Positions 40,001 to 54,089 of a stretch of 64,000 bases of DNA are shown here, in pieces. How positions within the stretch are numbered: the first letter of the stretch is position 1; each line of letters starts with the position of its first letter. Under the pieces are notes generated by a model. It made no database searches. It worked only from the letters and a program-made list of their open reading frames with translations, and had not been told where the DNA came from. Position numbers and translations under genes: made by a program. This DNA is from Salminus brasiliensis (lineage: Eukaryota): assembly GCF_030463535.1 (NCBI RefSeq), contig NC_132885.1, positions 19,729,786 through 19,793,785 on the forward strand, in the 5' to 3' direction.

Positions 40001-40934
40001 GGCTGACTAGATCCAGTAAGTTGTCCCTCTCTTTTTGTTATGCAAAGGTAGCATGTGGTTTACACAATGAACAAAATGACAAAATGAACTTCATTTAAAA
40101 ATTGTTGATGGATGTCAGGTAGTTTGCAACTGACTTAAAGGCTTCATTCTACCTAAAGGTAGGCTACAGAACGTAAGAAGGCCTGTAGCCAAAACACACA
40201 CACACAGACACCTTCATGTGGTCAGTTCATTCATCCCAATCAGAAACACGCCTACATACAGTGTAAAATGAGCAGTGTGCTGAGTCCTGCTGGCTGCTGA
40301 ATTGAACAGTGTAAGTGTGGCAGACGGAGTTATAGCCACAGCAGGGGCTGCATTTCTGATTTGCACACACTTTGCACACAACTGCAGCGTCAGAAATAAC
40401 CAGGGGCAAAGGGTAAAAATACCCCCATATTTAACATCATTCCTCCTTGAAACACAAGTGCAGGGGCAGCAAATGCCCTCAAAATAACCTGGAATAAATC
40501 CGTGGGAAGGAACGTCACCATCTCGCTAATAAAGCAGCCAACACGTCGCACATTTTCAGGCCTGCTGAGCTTGACCTGGCAGTGTGAAGGTGCTTTCCCA
40601 CAGATAAAATGGACTGCTAGGTTTTATTATTAGCATTAATATACTGTTACTTTATGTTTAAGTATGCACTGATATGGGAATTTTGGACTGATGGCAATAT
40701 CCAGAATGTTTAGATTTTATTTTCCATGTAAATCTGCATTACGGCCCGTGCTTTAAAGATTTATAAAAAGTAGAAATTTGGACGTCATCCACCTGGATTA
40801 GTATTCCCAAGAAATGTATTTCTATAGAGTTATAAATGCAGAAAAAGTACTAAATCGCAGACATTTTGAAGGGGAATCAGCTGCTGCTTTGGGCCGGGTA
40901 GAAGGCCCTGGCTCGGTTCTGTCCAGCACTGAGC

Positions 40935-41155
40935 TTGATTGTGTAGATAGCTAAGTGCTGCAGTATTAGTTGGCTAATTGTAGCTGCAGAATTGGTTGGT
41001 TTTGTGGATGTAATTAGCCTGCTAGCTAATTGTAGGTGCTGTATTAGTTGGCTAACTGTAGCTGCAGTATTAGTTGGTCTTGTGGATGTAATTATTTAGT
41101 TTGCTAACTGTAGCTGCTGAATTTGTTCGTTTGTGTGGATGAAATTTCCAGAGAA
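40935..41155. repeat. Minisatellite, about 3 tandem units of 65-75 bp
   Basis: Repeated unit gctaa(t/c)tgtagctgcag(t/a)attagttgg(c/t)(t/c)ttgtggatgtaatta...; three imperfect copies are visible. Confidence 0.6.
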
Positions 41156-41821
41156 ACATTTCCACACAGCGCTGGGCTTCTGTCCAGCCAGGAGCTTTGT
41201 CCTCACAGCTGCAGCTGGATACAACCGGACATTTCTAGCTCAGTAACCCACTAGTTGGTGTTCAATCCACCAAAAAATGGAATGGTATTTTAAAATCTAC
41301 CATTTTAAAACTGCACAAAAATGGAATGGAAAAAGCCCACAATTCCAAAATGATTGATAAAAGATTGTTACACTAGGAAGCAGGGCAGGTTTAAATATTG
41401 CTAAAGCCAAAATGCATAAAAAGGATGATGAAAAAGGGGTTTTCGATGACTTGTAAAGGCTGCGAGTCAAGCGATTACGTTTTCAGTTGGCACAAGTGGC
41501 AGGTAACTGGAAAACAAGTGGACCTATGGATATTCCTATCCTGACGCACAGGATAGAAATGCCGACACTCTGAAATGCCAGATCTCAGCAGCAAAATGAC
41601 TCTGCCCTATGCTCTCCCGGAACTGTCTGAAGCATTTGTACACCCAGCTGTATGGTGGACGTTGTTGGGGTGGCACAGAGGCTGGCCACTGCTCATCCTA
41701 CCCGGCATCTCTGAACAGCAGAGGTTTCTGCAGAAATGTCTCAATTGTGTGTGACGTTTTAATGGAAACATGTGTAAAATCACCTGGCTTTCAGCACCAG
41801 GCAGACATTTCAAACTGATGT

Positions 41822-41870
41822 GTTTTTTTTTTGTTTGTTTGTTTGTTTGTTTTTTTTTTGTTTTTTGATG
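41822..41870. repeat. (GTTT)n / T-rich simple repeat
   Basis: tgtttttttttttgtttgtttgtttgtttgtttttttttt. Confidence 0.85.
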
Positions 41871-42217
41871 ATGAATAATGTTGATGCGAGTCTGATGTCG
41901 CTTTGCAGCCTGGTCTTTTATTTTGTTGTATTTATGATTTCATTCTTTTGAATGGGGACAAAAATGATCACTTTAAATCAGAGTAATTCCCACCTTGACT
42001 ATTGTGTCAAAGGTGTAGAATGCTTCACTGAAGATTACAGAAGACACCAGGGTTCAATCATGAGCTGTTGCATGAAATGAGAGCTGCTCACGGGGACCAC
42101 CTCCATCTGAGAGGATATGCCCTGAAAATGTCATCAAGGTTCAAGGCCCTGCCAGGCCGCATCATTAATGTGTTCTTTAGCTGTGTGCACCTCCTGTTAC
42201 AGATCCAGTTGACATCC

Positions 42218-42220
<3 letters not shown>

Positions 42221-42292
<72 letters not shown>
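42221..42292. repeat. (GT)36 microsatellite in intron 2, 72 bp upstream of the exon 3 acceptor
   Basis: Perfect gt dinucleotide run from 42221 to 42292. Confidence 0.95.
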
Positions 42293-42293
<1 letters not shown>

Positions 42294-42364
42294 GAGGCTG
42301 CACCATGCCGCTGCTTTGTATTCATGAGCCTCACTAACTCCCTTTTGTATCTCTGCCTCACTAG

Positions 42365-42466
<102 letters not shown>

Positions 42467-45295
42467 TGAGGTACACCCCTCCCCTTTCTCCCCCCACTGC
42501 ACCCGTAAATCTGCTGTACCCACAGGTTTGTCCTCTCATTTGCATGTAAATAACTGCGCTTGGTGTGTGGCTCTCTTCAGAGCGGAATTCAATACATACA
42601 CAAACACGTCCACTTTCCTGGGCCCTCGCAGTGTGTAATTTCTGTGTTTTCAGAGACGTGCGGACATGCGCGTAACATGGCATGAAGAGGCAGGTGCGTC
42701 CAGCATCACCACGACGTCCAGTTGTATTTAATCATTTCAGCATTCTTTTTCTCTGCTAACTGAACACTCCAGCTGTTCTCGCTGATATAGGAGATCAGAC
42801 TAAAGCAGCTAAAGCTGTGTGTGTTTGTGTCTAGAATCAGAAGTGTTCATTCTGGCAAATTGACCATAAACTGTTTTTTCCAGAGCTGGTGAGAGCTGGT
42901 GGGCCCACAGTTCTCATTAGCTTTCACTCTGGCTTTCTCTGTGATGTTGTTTTGAATATCACCGCTGCTCTGCACTGTGGCTCTCGGTTGCACAATGTGA
43001 GAAAGGGAGAGTGAATGCAGAGGGGGTTGAGAATGAAAGAATCAAAACGCAGAGGGAAGTGCCATGCATCTGATAATTCACTTTCATAATTAATGAGCCA
43101 GCCTTTCTCTCCTTACCCTCTCTACCTCACTGGGATCTCTCTCACGCTCTGTCTCTATTTGGGAAAGGACTGGTTTCTATGGACCGTATTGATCACTGTG
43201 TGCGTGCGCGCGTGTGTGTCGGGACATAGCACTCATGAATGGTAGAGTGGGATGATTCATGTTTGTGTCCTCCTTAAATGCACTAATCCACTGTTCCCTG
43301 CCTGTACTGAAGACCTGGGCAGTAAATACATGAAGGAATGCCTGAAACGGGGAAAGAAGTGTCAACTACAAACATACCGATGGGATTTCGGGTTGAAATT
43401 GCATTGATTAAGTTATTGATTCACCGGTTGATTATTGCAACACATTATTATGAAGCTATAATTCATAATTATGAAACTATAAGTCATGATTGCAGGTCAT
43501 GTAATACCTGCAATCATGTAGGACAGTTGATGTGAGTCTCCTCTGACTCTGTGCTGTCCTGCAGCCTGCAACCTGAATGTGAGCAGCATTATTAATGGCT
43601 GCTGATGGTGGTGACAGCATGATAACGTCATATTCTGTTGGCTAACTACATTTCCTCCAGTTATTGTGTTAAGGGAATACCACAGAGCTCTTCCAGATTT
43701 AGTATTTCGCTATAATTTCGCTATGAAATGAGAGAGAATTCCTCCAGTAGGCTTGCAGAGGGTGTAGAGTGAGACGACCGTATTGCTTTCGGAAACTTTA
43801 ATATGCCACTAATGGAGCGATGCAATATTCTCCATCTCCTAAATCCATCTTTTCATAAGCCCTGATAAGGAACAGTAATGTAAGTGATCTTCAGACTGGC
43901 TTGGGACTGGTTTATCTATCTGCATTCATTTGAATAGTATTGGTAGTGATGGGAAAAGTGGAAAGAATGGCTGGTTGTGAGCTCTCAGGAATACAAGTTG
44001 CTATTGGTAGTCCATTCAGAATACTAGGCGCCAATGCCTCCAGAGCAGAGGTTGTATAAACATGTTCGTTTTTGTAATTATAATGCACACAAGTTTCACG
44101 CCATAATTACAAGAAGCGGGACCTTTCCAGTGACGTCTCCACGTGGCCCGTGTCCATTTATAAGACCAATAGGACCTGCCCGACCTCTGTTGGAGCCTAG
44201 ACTTTGGAACGCAGCTGTAAAGTTACCACCCTGCACATTTTGGTGTGTTTCCAGCTTTAAAATGCCCAGATCAACTCTGTAAGAGGTTGTTAATGACCAC
44301 ATTAGCTAAAAGTCTTTAGCCTAGCTAGATTTTTTTCAGCAGGTTCTAGCTATGGTACACATTTGTTGGACTGGTTGTGTTGAAAGCAGGGGAAACCCTG
44401 TAATGTGCAGAGTAGTGTATCACAGCCGGGTTTGAGAAACCCTTCTCTAGTTAAAGGCGAATGTGTAATGTGTTTTGAAGCCGGGCCCTCTGTCCCCGCT
44501 GACTTCACGCCATGTGAATTAAACCTGATGCTATTCTGAGATTTTTCTGAGATTCCCTGGCAGGCAGGCATTTACTTTTTTATGTAAAGCCAAGCACTAT
44601 CAAAAGAACACACAACCAGCTGTACAGTTGCAGTAATTTTGTCAAATAAATAAGTAAATCAATAAATAAACAGAATAAGGTGAGCAAACAGTAAGGCCGT
44701 TCTATCTGACGGTTTTTGCATGCGATTTCCAGCCTTCGTTTGGTGATGGCCCGTGGCGTAATATGAGGTATTCAGTGTTTGTGTTAAAATCCCATCTTGC
44801 ATTGCTTGTGTCACACAGTGTAAGACGCTGCGTGCTTGAGGTCTGACCTTTTGACTGCAGGGCCGATGTGGTGATCGAAGCATATCCGTTTACCCGTGGC
44901 TGGCTCAGGGGTCATTTGACCACGCTTAGCTGACTTGTAGGTTTTTGCATGAAAATGTTTGACACGTGGAAGTGCAGGTCTGGGCTGGCTAAAGGCACTC
45001 GAGCTGTTTATGCTGTGGTCTAGGAGTACATGGAGTGACCATAAACAGTTTGTTTACTAGGAAAGTGCTCTTGTGCAAACGTGGGTCAGATTACATAGGT
45101 TACCACAGTACACACATCACCATGTGTCAAAACACCGGATCTGTGTTTCCCACACGTAAAATATACTCTGGCACCCCTCTAAAGTGTATTATAGTGTATT
45201 ATTGTCAAGGATATCTGTCCTATTTTAGCAAATTCCAAAGAGAAAATTATTTGGGTGGTTATGGAAAAAGGAAAGCGGGCAGTGTTGCGCTATTC

Positions 45296-45565
45296 TTGCC
45301 GGGTCCATCATTACATTACATTACATTATCAGCATTTAGCTGACGCTCTTATCCAGAGCGACTTACATGGTAATGTAATACATGGTTACATGGTATTACA
45401 GAGGCGGGCCAATGTAGTGTTAGGAGTCTTGCCCAAGGACTCTTATTGGTGTAGCGCAGCAAAGTCACCCAGACCGGGAATCGAACCCCAGTCTCCCACG
45501 TGGTGTGGTAGCTCAGTGGCAGGTAGTGGTGTTATCTGTTGCACCACACCAACCACCATCAAGTG
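45296..45565 (-). mobile_element. tRNA-derived SINE with (AATGT)n-type tail, minus orientation
   Basis: cattacattacattacattatcagcatttagctgacgctcttatccagagcgacttacatgg is the conserved tail and core of a widespread teleost SINE. gggaatcgaacccc is the reverse complement of a tRNA B-box/T-arm (GGTTCGATTCC). Confidence 0.55.
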
Positions 45566-48500
45566 GGGAAAACCCCCAAAAACACACATTGCTGCCCCCA
45601 GGCTTGTCTCGGATGCATACAGCCACACTTCAGCTAAGCTGAATCTTTCAGAGCAGGCGTATGGAGCGTCTGCACACTCTTTCATAGTTGGCCTTGAATT
45701 CTAAATTATGAATGATGATGATATCTCGTCTCATTAAAGTTTGGAGTTAGTTTGTGAGGGTCTTTTCTTCAATTAATAATTGCTTCTTGATTTGCAGTTG
45801 AAAAGTGATGATTTAAGTTTCGAGGCATGTGGGTATTGTCAGAACTGTAGCTGAAGGCCCATCGCCGTATTCACTTTTCTGATAACAGCCTTTATTGAAC
45901 AGCCGTAATGAGGAGTCTTCTTAGTCAGGTTTCATTTGTTTTTTGCCTTGTGGAGCTGCTGAAATGAAACCAGCCCAAAGCTTAACCTCAGTGCCAGGCC
46001 TAAGCCAGTATTAAACTCCACCACAGAGGAAAGGCTGTGACTCTGCACTGGTCAGTGTTGCTGATTGCTCCTGGTTCCCGTCTTGTACTGTGGCCCTTCA
46101 CTATCTCAGCTTGAAGTTTGGTTGTCCTTGCCATGGTGGTCAGGTCAGATTTGTCAGATTAGTCACTGGGAAATGAAGCAGAGCTGCAGATTAGAGAGGC
46201 TTTGATCGGCACTCGGCTTAATCAATACAGGCTAGGATCTAACCACTCTACTGCTCTCCTCCGTTTACTTCTGCTTATACAGTCTTACAGTATTAAAAAG
46301 ATGACATGTACACATAGCTACATTGGTATGCTGGTCTTGGTGACTGTGAGTAAGTTAACGCAGGAAAGGTTTTCTTCTGGGGACTCTTCCATGCAGGCCA
46401 TATTTGTGCAGGTGTTGCTGCACAGTAGAACAGTGCACCTACCAATCCCCAAAAAGGGTTTTTTCCACCCAAACCACACAAAAGAAATTCAAAAAACTGC
46501 ACTGCCAAGAGCAGGTACGTGTATATATACACAGCACTGTAATTTCTTCACACCCTTGCATTACTAGTTTAAAAACCATCCATCTTGTCAATCCAAAATT
46601 ACTTGCCGTCTTGCGTAATCCCCCCTCGTCTGCTAAATAGCAGAGCGTGCAGGCAACTTTTTGACAGCGCTGACAAGCGCTCTCATTACAGGTGTCTGCC
46701 CTTCAATGTGCGGGCAAAGCAGCTCACTCAACGAGCACAGTGACGTCCTCGACAAACAAAAATCCTCTCGCCATTCTTCTGCAACTGCCACTTTGTATTC
46801 AAAGTTGTCCCTCCGATTAGACATTGTCTGAAACCAGTGGTTTTGCTGGTAGGGGTCTGTGTCGTGCGAGTGCTTTATGACGCAGCGACTTGCATAGCAC
46901 ATTCTAACACCTCTTTTCTTCAGTGTGGAGTTAGAGGAACTGCACATTCACTAATTCACACGTGATTAGCCCTGCAATATTCGAACTAGCTCTATTTTGG
47001 CTGTGTATCTGCTGTAGCACAAAATCGCCTCATGCAAACAAAGGAGATAATGGCACACGCTCTGAGGTCAAGCAAAAGAGGAAATGGCTCAAATTCAATG
47101 TAACGAGCTGTCAACGTTACAACTCTGCTTTCCTCATCTGCATCGCAGCACTGAAAACAGGGTTTTGGGTTTTTCTTCACCTTGGAAGGAGTTTTGCAAA
47201 AGACCCGAGGCACAGTTTGTGTATTTACAAAAGGCCAAAATGCATAGAAAAGCTACATTTGAATAAATATGCACGTATGTATGGACAAGGCCTGAGACCT
47301 TGGTAAAACGTATGGGAGCTCAAATCTTTTGGGTTGCTTAAACTTTTGCATGGTGCGTCTTTCTTATTTTTTTTTTTTTGTTCACGTTCTGTTTTATAAT
47401 ATTATATATTATATAACTGTAATAACAAACTTCTCTTGATTAAAATGTTACAGAATGTTTAGTTTTTACTTGTATACCTTTTCGTCTTTTACTCACCTAA
47501 CTCTTCACAGTAACAGAAAATTTGACCTTGAGTCCCCAGACGTCTGTATACCACTGTAAATATCAGCTGTGCATAATGTGGTTGTCAAATTACGAAGTCG
47601 TATTGCAATACAAGTATAAAGTTTAAAAAACAACATGGTATTTCTTGCTCCTGGGCTCCTCCTGCAGTCAGGAAGTTTCATTTGTGCTTTGAACCGCCGC
47701 TAAAGGACACGCATTTCTGGACAAGCTGAGAGATACAGAGCAGTTACTGAAAGTAAAAGAAGGATATGGGCTGAAGTGGTAAGAGTAATATTACAGAATT
47801 TGACTCGACATTCACCAATGTTACATACTGCATTTAGCAGCGTGCTGAGCCCCAAAGGCAACGCAATTACCCCCTTTTACAGGAAATAATTTAGCTGATT
47901 AAAAAAGCTGCATTGTGGAGCTTAAAGCACAAGCAGAACTTCCTAACTGAAAGTTGATCACAGTAATGTTGATAATTACGATAAACAGTAATCATTTGTC
48001 TGGGTTTGTAATATCTTCCTAGATCACACAGCTTGCATTGCAGATTAACACAAGCCAATTAATACACTTCAAATCCAGCTGAATCCTGAGCACACCAGTA
48101 GCTTAGTAGTAACTTTAAGCCTCTGCTAGTTTTTAAACAACAGTAGATTTATAGTTTAAATATTAATGTGTAATATGGGGTCAGATTTTGTGTGTAGCCA
48201 GTGAGTCGGCTGTGGGTTTACTGCTGTGCTATCAAGACGTGGTATGAAGTTTGTTTAGCGTTTGTAAGCGTTAAAGCTGCCTTCGCCTTCTTAATGTAGG
48301 CCCCTTTACGGCCTGCTCCGGTCATTTGCTCGCGTTTTCAAATGGAGATTTGCATCTGAACTGTTTGCACCCTGCGAGCTTTGGATATCTTTTGCTTTTT
48401 GTCTGTAAAGATGCGAGATCAGTGATGGTGGTTGTTACATATGGACTGTGATAATGTACTCATTGTAACAAAGGCAAAACTTTGGGTTCCTACATGCAAA

Positions 48501-51173
48501 TGGTGATTAAATACGTGTTTACAAATTAATGTTGGTCTACTGTATTCTTCTGTTTCTCTGCTGACCACGTTCCATTTAAAGTTCGGCTGCTTGCTGCTCA
48601 ACAAACTAGGTCATCTTTTCCTTTTATTGGCTCCCAGGGCAGAACAGCACAGCGCATGACGGGCAGAGCTATAAAGCGTCTGCATGACGACTTCCCCTAG
48701 AGAGAGAGAGGCCTGATTGGCATAAGGATCTCGTCTGAGTGAACGCTGAATGACTGGCTGCTTTGGAGAGAGCCTCACATCACTGTCAGAGTGTAGAGGC
48801 CTGTATGGCCATGACGACACTGCTTAGAGAGAGGACTGAGAGTGAGAAATAAATAAAGAAATGGACTAGAATGAGGTGAAAATAAGACATAGAGGTCAGT
48901 AGGATCAGGATCAGCGGAGGGAATAGGTTAGGAGAGAAGGTGGCTGGAGAAAAGGAAGAAAGCACTGCCGAGGCCTTTTCCCACCCATTGGGTTCATTGG
49001 CTTCATTCATTTCCAATATTCTTCAGCTCGTCGGTGTAATTCCTGCCATCCCCCTAGGAGTCTTGATGAAATCTCCAATTATACATGCATTTCTTTGCTT
49101 CTTGTGAAATTGCGTTCCCTAGGTGGTTAATATTTTCCTAATGATCCGTGTGATTCTCTTGTTCATTCTGTTTGACTGCAGAGTACATGGGGAAATAGGC
49201 AGTGGTTCACAGCACGGCACTGTGCGAGCGTGTGTCTGTGTGTGTGTGTGTGTGTGCGCATTCGTGTGCACAGTAAGTGAGCGCTGCGGTGGTGTTAATG
49301 GTGTAATGATAGTTTAGATGCGATGCGAGTTCCAGAAGAGCTGGAAGGGGCCAGTACTGAGATTGCTCTGACTTATCCGAGGCATGTGGTTGAATACAGT
49401 TCAAGGAATAGCTTATTAAGTAGGTCTTGCTCTGTATGTTGATGAACATATGCTGTTAGGATTGTGTATTGGCAAGAACCTGGCGATGCGACACAGATCA
49501 CGGTACAGGGGTTACTTCTATTACTCCACCAATTTGTACACGAACCCCTTTTGTTAGCTTTTTTGTATTAAGGGGTTAAATCAGATTTTAGGAAAAAGGG
49601 TCATAGTGGAAGAAAAACTCACCATCATATTCATAAAATCTGAGTAAAAGCAATCCCAGCTGTGGGGTCTGAAGTACAACACTAGCCACATTTACGTGCA
49701 GCCTGATATTCTATTCCAACTACTAGTCTGATTATTACCAGTCTACGTTCATGTGCGTACTCAGTCGGAATAAACTAGTCCCTTTGAGGCCGCTCTGAAT
49801 ACAATTTGTATCCGATTGAACACGGTGGGAATTCCTTTAAGTAATGTGTTAAGCAGACGAATAATAAGCATGTAAACATCTGTATCTGATTACATTCCCA
49901 ATCGGAACGTGTAAGTACATTCTTTGCATGCAGATACAAGGCAACAGCAACACGACTTCTCACTGGAAAAGGGTCTCTTAATGCCAAACGGACGTTTGTG
50001 TTTGTCTGTGTTTGGTTGAATATGACGTGGAATTCAAGTTTGTTCAAGGTTTCGTGATGTTCGGGGCAGTTGGTCATGACTTAGAGTAGACGTTTACACA
50101 CACAGCTGCGCCCCCACTGAATCTTTTTGTTTTTTATTTTTTTTGGCTAAGCTATGCCATTGATGGTGCCAGTCCTATTATTGGTGCTGTGCCATCTTAT
50201 ATGAGGTGAAGCTAACCTTTTTAAAGCTTTGTTTTGGAGATCCTGGTGCATGCTGGTCCTCTAGTGTGACATCTAGTGGCTGAAAGAACAACTTAAGGCT
50301 CCTTTTAAGATTTTTAAGATTGATTTGAACTGTAAATATGAACTGGCATGAATTCCGATTTTGACTGAGAGGCTGCAGCCCAAGAATGAAGTGCCCTAAA
50401 GTTGACACCTTGACACCTTTTTTTTGACAAATGAGACAAAGGAGGAGTCGTTTAGTCTACAGTGACTGAGCAGAGATTTGTTTAGAGAAGTTAAGAAGAG
50501 ACATTCAACCCTAAAAACACTGTTCCAGATGTTAAACATGGTGGTGGTAGAGTTATAGTGGCAGTGACTTTGCTGTCTGTGGAAATGGTACATTGCACAA
50601 AGTGAATGCAATCATAAAGAAGGAGGACTAGCTCAAAATGTAGCATAAGCTCAAACCATCAGCAGGACAGTGCAGCCAAGAAATAGTCCTATTTGTGATG
50701 GTGTTAGACTAAAATTGTTGGAGCAGTAAAATTTCCATAGCGTACATTTTCCAGAAAGATGCTATTTATGCAGAGATTTAAAAAAGGGTGGGATAATCTG
50801 AGACAGTGGAGCTGTGTAGGCTGTAGCAGACAGTAGTCTGAGGCTGCAGCAGTTGGCCATGTTGTGGTGTATGAGCGGTTTGGACCAGCTGAGTGCCTCA
50901 CGCCCACAGGGAGATGGAAGGAGCTCTAGTGTTTCTGAGTGTGTATGAGAAGGGGGTGTGTGTGTGTGAGAGAGAGAGCCTGCATGTGTTTTTGCAGCAG
51001 TTTAACGCTGCTGTATGAAGCAGAATGCCACAGCAGTCAGACGTGCTGTGCTGAAGCGCAATATTAGATTCTCACTTGGTGCACTTTTGGTCCCTCGCTA
51101 ATACGCAGCTTTCCGAAATGAGCAGACACATCCAATATGTCAGCCCGTTTTATCTCTCCTGAGGAGAGAAGGG

Positions 51174-51174
<1 letters not shown>

Positions 51175-51255
<81 letters not shown>
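51175..51255. repeat. (TG)~40 microsatellite
   Basis: Perfect tg run. Confidence 0.95.
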
Positions 51256-51260
<5 letters not shown>

Positions 51261-52054
51261 CACACATAGCCCGTGTAGCTGTTATACGTGTTACTCTGAT
51301 CTCTCCCCTCACTGCTGCTCCGTTCAGACCTTCGTCTTCATATTGACTGTGTCAATTCGGAATGATGGAGCGATTCAGACTTTAAACTCCATTGGGGTGT
51401 GTGTGTATGTGTATGTATGTGTGTGTGGAGGAGCCCAGCACTGATCAGAAGTGACTTTGTTTAATTCTTGCTCTCTTTTTAAGTGCGCTGAGGCCGTACT
51501 TGGGGCAGGCGCTTCGCCAGATTTGAACAGCCGGCGGAGAACCACGGAAAGAGAAAGCTTTCCCAACAGAGCTTCACATTTTCTCTCTGCTCCCATGTGT
51601 CTCCTGCCTCTTTCTCAGCATTCTGCTCAGATTGAACTCATAACAGTGGGCCAGTGCCAACCTCAGGCGGGAAATGGCATGGATTTGGGACTGCTTTCTC
51701 CGCTAGACATGCAAATAAAGCCTCCAAGCCGCAGCGACAGACTTGCACAGAGAAAGAGAGTAAAAAGACAGAGATGGATGACTGTGGAGCAGAAGAGAAG
51801 GAAAGAGGATGATGGGGAGTATGAAAAATACCGGAGCTATGGGTTCACAGTTCATGTGTTTTTGGCATGATCTCTTCTTTCATGTGTTTGGTATCGGCCA
51901 ATAACAGTTTGATATAAGCTTTAAAGAAACACTGTATAATTTCACCTTCATAATTATTGTGATGCTCCACTGACTTGTAATAAGGAGAATAGTGTCTCTA
52001 TCATTGCCACTCTACTCCAGTCCACATGATTCTTTCCCTTCTATATGCCAGTTC

Positions 52055-53045
52055 TGTATCTCTTAGCTTGTCTAGAAATGCATGTGTAGAGCATGTTTTT
52101 TAGATGTGGCTCAAAGCACAAATGACATTTCCCAACTCTAGGGGGAGCCCAGGAGCAACGAAAACCAACTCTTAATAATGCTGCTTTAAGCTGTTAAAAG
52201 AAAGTTCACTCAAATTCACACTCTGTGAGCCCGCAGGAAGAAATACACATCTATTAATGTGACCTCACACACTGCGGAGGAGGTAGGGGGGGCTGTTTCT
52301 AGATTTGTTATAGGTTTTAGATGCATTCCCCTCCAGACCTGTTTCACTGTAAAATGCATGGACAGTGTAGTTCCATTCCCTTCTGTTCTACAAAAATGAA
52401 GCCAAAATGTTTTTCTGTGTTGTTAAATCTGCAAGCGGAGGCGGAGCTAAACTCCCCTACTCATTGGGTAGACTCGCCCCTTTCTCCCAGACCTCTCAGT
52501 GTCTCAAAACGCCTGCTTGAGTTCACAGCACAGCCTAAAGAACCAGAAGCAAAGTGGATTTTTCCACTGCATACCTAGTTTGTCCAGGAAGTGTAATGTT
52601 TCCAAAAGTGTCCAAAAGTGCAGTTTATGTATTTTATTATGAAACAATTTAGATTTCTTTTATGTTACAGTGCTTCGAGGCTACTGTGAGAGTCCGAACA
52701 TACCAGTGACTCATTAAAAAGGAATTAAGATTAAAATAATGTTTTAAATGGTATTTGGACTCTGTCCAGACCAGAAAAAGTGAGCACTGGCTGAGGCCGA
52801 GTGCAAACGCTATCAACACGCCTAACTACAGTAATGTAAGCTGGCTGGGGATGAGGTGGACTGGGGATCATCCAACATCCTGACCTCGCGCTCTTGTCTC
52901 TGAATGCAATCAGATCCTCCAGAATCTAGTAGAAAGCTTTCCCTGAACAGTACAAAAGCAGGATGAACTTTTTAATGCCCTTAACTTTAGAAGAAACTAT
53001 GAATGAGCAGGTGTCCAAATACTTTTGTCCATATAATGTGCAGAA
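52055..53045 (+). mobile_element. Composite Tc1-like-derived repeat copy (third copy of the 23940/31715 family)
   Basis: 5' part matches 23950-24050. 3' part catcctgacctcgcgctcttgtctctgaatgcaatcagat...gaagaaactatgaatgagcaggtgtccaaatacttttgtccatataatgtg matches 32090-32262. Confidence 0.5.
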
Positions 53046-53287
53046 TGCCCTGTTTATATGTTTTTTCCAGCCTACCGTAATCAGAAGTGTCCTAACACAT
53101 TTTACTCTCCTTCATTAAATTATTAAATGCAGCGTTCATATACTTGACCTACTGATTCCTGTTCAACTGAAACACAGATCAGCTGAGTGGAAGTATGGCC
53201 CAGTGTTGCTCACTTATTGGCAGCGCCTATAAGTGATCATCCTGGCCAACTTCGCCGACAGTTACTGCGGCTCAGGCTCGAGGGTGT

Positions 53288-53288
<1 letters not shown>

Positions 53289-53340
<52 letters not shown>
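53289..53340. repeat. (GT)26 microsatellite
   Basis: Perfect gt run. Confidence 0.95.
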
Positions 53341-53344
<4 letters not shown>

Positions 53345-54089
53345 AAGTGTGGTGGGTCCTAATTAGCTCCAGGTATCTTGCTCCTGTCCTTGTGTGTATG
53401 TGTGTGCGTGAGAGAGGAGTCCTGTCCCTCAGCATCACTGCTCCAGTAATTCATCAAAGTGCTGTAGCTCAGTAAATATTCATCAGCCACTTAACAGTGA
53501 CTGACGGCGCAACTCCGCGCACAGCAAACAGCACACAGATCATACACTCGCGCCACGCAGCCAGCAGGGAGAGAGCAGGGAATGAGGAGTGTTTGGAGAA
53601 CGGTTGTTTTTGATAATATACACTATACTGAAGTAACCTTTTTTTAGTCTCCTTGTAGGAGGGGACTGAGAACAGCCTTCGTCTGCCAGAGAGGAGAGAG
53701 AGAGAGTCTCACTCGTACCTGAGAGAGTGGATGTGAGAATGGATGTTAGCTGGAGTGTGAAAAGCAGAAATGACTGCATATGTGCCACACTCCCCAACCC
53801 AATATTCATACAGAATACTCAACACACACTGTACATAAGCAATTTACATCCCGCTCACTCTTTTATTCCCAGTCTTCTCCCAGTCTCTTTCTCTCCGTCT
53901 CTCTCTCTCTCCTTCAGAACAAATCAAACATCCAGGAGCTTTTTCTTCCCTCACACACACTCTTACAGCTTTGTTTCAGGACGTACACTCCAGTGAGTTT
54001 GCAATTCTCTCTTGAATAGATAAGTCATGGCTCAGGCTGTATAAAGTGGCCTCAACGTAGATGGAGGCAAATGCAGCTGAAATTTTATT

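Larger units (their letters stand above)
25824..42364 (+). other. man1a2: man1a2 intron 2 (~16.5 kb)
   Basis: Bounded by donor GTGAGA at 25824 and acceptor ctctgcctcactag at 42363-42364. Confidence 0.8.

Noticed and set aside
45470-45545. Possible tRNA gene (gtagctcagtgg and ggaatcgaacc motifs)
   Set aside because: The motifs are in opposite orientations and embedded in a SINE with its characteristic tail. No complete cloverleaf can be drawn.
45255-45704. 149-aa plus-strand ORF
   Set aside because: It overlaps the SINE copy (translated repeat sequence). Not a gene.
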